Positions 60,844 through 64,000 of a stretch of DNA of 64,000 nt are shown here, piece after piece. The stretch's first letter is position 1. Each line of letters opens with the position of its first letter. Origin of the DNA: Squalus acanthias (lineage: Eukaryota); contig CM059435.1 in assembly GCA_030390025.1 (NCBI GenBank), positions 25,854,001 to 25,918,000 of the forward strand. Reading direction: 5' to 3'. The translations under genes and the position numbers were made by a program. The notes beneath the pieces are model-generated. The model was given only the letters and a program-made list of their open reading frames with translations, was not told the DNA's origin and ran no database searches.

Positions 60844-63760
60844 ATAAGAACATAAGAAATAGGAGCAGGAGTAGGCCATTTGGCCCCTTGAGCCTGCTCC
60901 GCCATTTAATGAGATCATGGCTGATCTGATCTTGGGCTCAGCTCCATTTCCCTGCCCGCTCCCCAGAACCCATCACTTCCTTATTGTTCAAAAATCTGTC
61001 TATCTCCACCTTAAATATATTCAATGACCCAGCCTCCGCAGCTCTCTGGGGCAGAAAATTCCACAGATTTACGACCCTCTGAGAGAAGAAATTCCTCCTC
61101 ATCTCAGTTTTAAATGGGCGACCCCTTATTCTGAAACTATGCCCCCTAGTTATAGATTCCCCCATGAGGGGAAATATCTTCTCTGCATCTACCTTGTTGA
61201 GCCCCCTCAGTATCTTATATGTTTCAATAAGATCACCTCTCATTCTTCTAAACTCCAATGAGTATAGGCCCAACCTGCTTGACCTTTCTTCATAAGACAA
61301 CCCCTTCATCTCAGGAATCAACCTCGTGAACCTTCTCTGAACTGCCTCCAATGCAAGTATATCCCTCCTTAAATAAGGAGACCAAAACTGTACGCAGTAC
61401 TCCAGGTGTGGTCTCACCAATACCCTGTACAGTTGTAGCAGGATTTCCCTGCTTTTATACTCCAACCCCCTGCAATAAAGGCCAACATTCCATTTGCCTT
61501 CCTGATTACTTGCTGTACCTGCATGCTAACTTTTTGTGTTTCGTGCACAAGGACCCCCCAGGTCCCTCTGTACTGCAGCATTTTGTAATCTCTCTCCATT
61601 TAAATAATAATTTGCTTTTTTATTTTTCTTACCAAAGTGGATAACCTCACACTTTCCCACATTATACTCCATCTGCCATATATTTACCCACTCACTTAGC
61701 CTGTCCATATCCCTTTGCAGGCTCTTTGTGTCCTCTTCACAACTTGCTTTCCCACCTACCTTTGTATCATCAGCAAATTTGGCTACATTACACTTGGTCC
61801 CTTCATCCAAGTCATTAATATAGATTGTAAATAGTTGAGTCCCCAGCACTGATCCCTGTGGCACCCCACTAGTTACCGTTTGCTAACCGGAAAATGGCCC
61901 ATTTATCCCGACTCTCTGTTTTCTGTTAGTTAGCCAATCCTCTATCCATGCTAATATATTACCCCCAACCCCGTGAGCTCTTATCTTGTGCAGTAACCTT
62001 TTCTGTGGCACCTTATCGAATGCCTTCTGGAAATCCAAATACACCACATCCAATGGTTCCCCTTTATCCACCCTGCTCGTTACATCTTCAAAGAACTCCA
62101 GCAAATCTGTCAAACATGATTTCCCTTTCATAAAACCATGCTGACTCTGCTTGACTGTGTTATGATTTTCTAAATGTCCTGCTACTGCTTCCTTAATAAT
62201 GAACTCCAGCATTTTCCCAATGACAGATGTTAGGCTAACTTGTCTATAGTTTCCTGCTTTCTGTCTCCCTCCCTTCTTAAATAGGGGCGTTACATTTGCG
62301 GTTTTCCAATCCGCTGGGACCTCTCCAGAATCCAGGGAATTTTGGTAGATTACTACCAATGCATCCACTGTCTCTGCAGCCACTTCTTTAAGACCCTAGG
62401 ATGCAGGCCATCAGGTCCAGGGGACTTGTCCACCTTTAGTCCCATTATTTTACCGAGTACTTTTTCTTTAGTGATAGTGATTGTTTTAAGTTTCCCCCTC
62501 CCTATAGCCCCTTGATTATGTATTATTGGGATGGTTTTAGTGTCTTCTACCATGAAGACTGATACAAAATATTTGTTCAAAGTCTCTGACATTTCCCTGT
62601 TCCCCATTATTAATTCCCCAGTCTCATCCTCTAAGGGACTAAAGTTTACTTTAGCTACTCTCTTCCTTTTTATATACCTGTAGAAGCTCTTACTGTCTGT
62701 TTTTATATTTCTTGCTCGTTTACTCTCATAATCCAGCTTCTCTTTCTTTATTATTCTTTTAGTCGTCCTTTGCTGGTTTTTAAAAATTTCCTAATCCTCT
62801 GGCCTGCACTAATCTTGGCAACATTGTATGCCTTTGTTTTCAATTTGATACCATCCTTTACTTCCTTAGTTAGCCACGGATGGTTTTCCCTTCTCTCAAA
62901 GTCTTTCCTTCTCACTGGAATATATTTTTGTTGAGAGTTATGGAATATCTCCTTAAATGTCTGCCATTGTTTATCAACCGTCTTACCCTTTAATCTATTT
63001 TCCCAGTCCACTTTAGCCAACTCTGCCTTCATACCTGTGTAATTGCCTTTATTTAAGATCAGGTCACTGGTTTGAGACCCAACTTTCTCGCCCTCCAATT
63101 GAATTTGATATTCAACCATGCTATGATCACTCTTTCCTAGAGGATCCTTTACTATGAGATCATTTATTAATCCTGTCTCATTACACAGTACCAGATCTAA
63201 GATAGCCTGCTCCCTGGTTGGTTCCACAACATATTGTTCTAGGAAACCAATCCCGGATACACTCTATGAACTCTTCCTCGAGGCTACCTTGGCCAATTTG
63301 ATTTGTCCAATCAATATGAAGATTAAAATCGCCCATGATTATTGCTGTACCTTTCTTACAAGCCTCCATTATTTCTTGATTTATACTCTGTCCAACAGTG
63401 TAGCTACTGTTAGGGGGCCTATAGACTACCCCACCAGTGACTTCTTTCCCTTATTATTTCTTATCTCCACCCAAACTGATTCTACATCTTGCTCTTCTGA
63501 GCCAATACCATTTCTCACTACTGCACTGATCTCATGCTTTATTAACAGAGCTACCCCACCTCCTTTTCCTTTCCGTCTATCCTTCCGAAATGTCAAATAC
63601 CCCTGAATATTCAGTTCCCAGCCTTGGTCACCTTGCAACCACGTCTCTGTAATAGCAATCAAATCATACCCATTTATATCTATTTGTGCCGTCAATTCAT
63701 CTATCTTGTTACGAATGCTGCGTGCATTCAGATAATTTAGTCTTTTTACTATTTTTCCGT
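60844..63760 (-). mobile_element. 5'-truncated CR1 LINE, ORF2 (APE and RT) with multiple frameshifts
   Basis: YLNARSIRNK, ITETW, IMGDFN, GKSDH, YLDFQKAFDKVP, PQGSVLG, KFADDT; tail ATAAGAACATAAGAAATAGGAGCAGG. Confidence 0.93.
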
Positions 63761-63762
63761 AA

Positions 63763-64000
63763 GTGAGTGCCGGGCTCGTTTGCCGGCACTCCCGATCCCT
63801 GGTGGCCCAGCTGGGTGCTGCGCCAGGCCCCTCCCCTTTAATAAGGGGAGGAAGGCCTGCAGTACCGCGGCGCCATGGTATTGGCTCACAGTGCCCCAAG
63901 AGGGACGCGGGATGCTTCCAGTAGCGCCCCTCCTCCCTCTCGGGGTGCTACCTGGGAAAAACGGCCGCGGGTCGCTAACTTTTTCAGGGGGCTACTCAAA
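63763..64000 (-). mobile_element. Part of a Harbinger MITE of the 48342-49104 family (runs off the window)
   Basis: Reverse complement is similar to about 48390-48668 (GCCGGCACTCCCGATCCCTGG...CTCCCCTTTAA). Confidence 0.75.

Noticed and set aside
63426-63899. 157-aa ORF fusing a novel N-terminus to an APE endonuclease
   Set aside because: Chance read-through across a MITE-CR1 junction; the downstream CR1 is frameshifted
58676-64000. Peroxidase-domain exon 16 (DLLA.F.YPRDP)
   Set aside because: Not found; the region is intron and CR1 sequence

Overview
Eukaryotic genomic DNA, very likely from a shark or other cartilaginous fish (inferred from the CR1, L2, DeuSINE, Harbinger and Penelope repeat repertoire). 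The window lies inside one + strand gene, a peroxidasin-family member most similar to PXDNL. I find 13 consecutive coding exons (equivalent to exons 3-15: four 72-bp LRR exons, LRRCT, four Ig domains and the linker to the peroxidase domain). All have AG/GT boundaries and compatible phases. Exons 1-2 and the peroxidase/VWC exons were not found in the window. The introns are packed with decayed CR1 and L2 LINEs, tRNA-derived SINEs, PIF/Harbinger transposons and MITEs, and Penelope-like (PLE) fragments. One Harbinger copy is full-length, with a HARBI1-type transposase and a convergent intron-containing Myb/SANT gene. The most notable non-coding signals are: (1) six minimal hammerhead ribozymes from PLE pLTRs with covarying stems, four in the host pre-mRNA sense; (2) a PLE insertion forming a 227-bp apparently perfect inverted repeat, whose antisense arm spells a YAG|GTAAGT recursive-splice-type motif; (3) a recurring TGACGTCA (CRE) module near Harbinger ends; (4) an unexplained ~107-bp duplication on either side of exon 10. 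Most long ORFs in the supplied track are TE remnants or antisense shadows. Repeat boundaries are approximate unless TIRs/TSDs are quoted.
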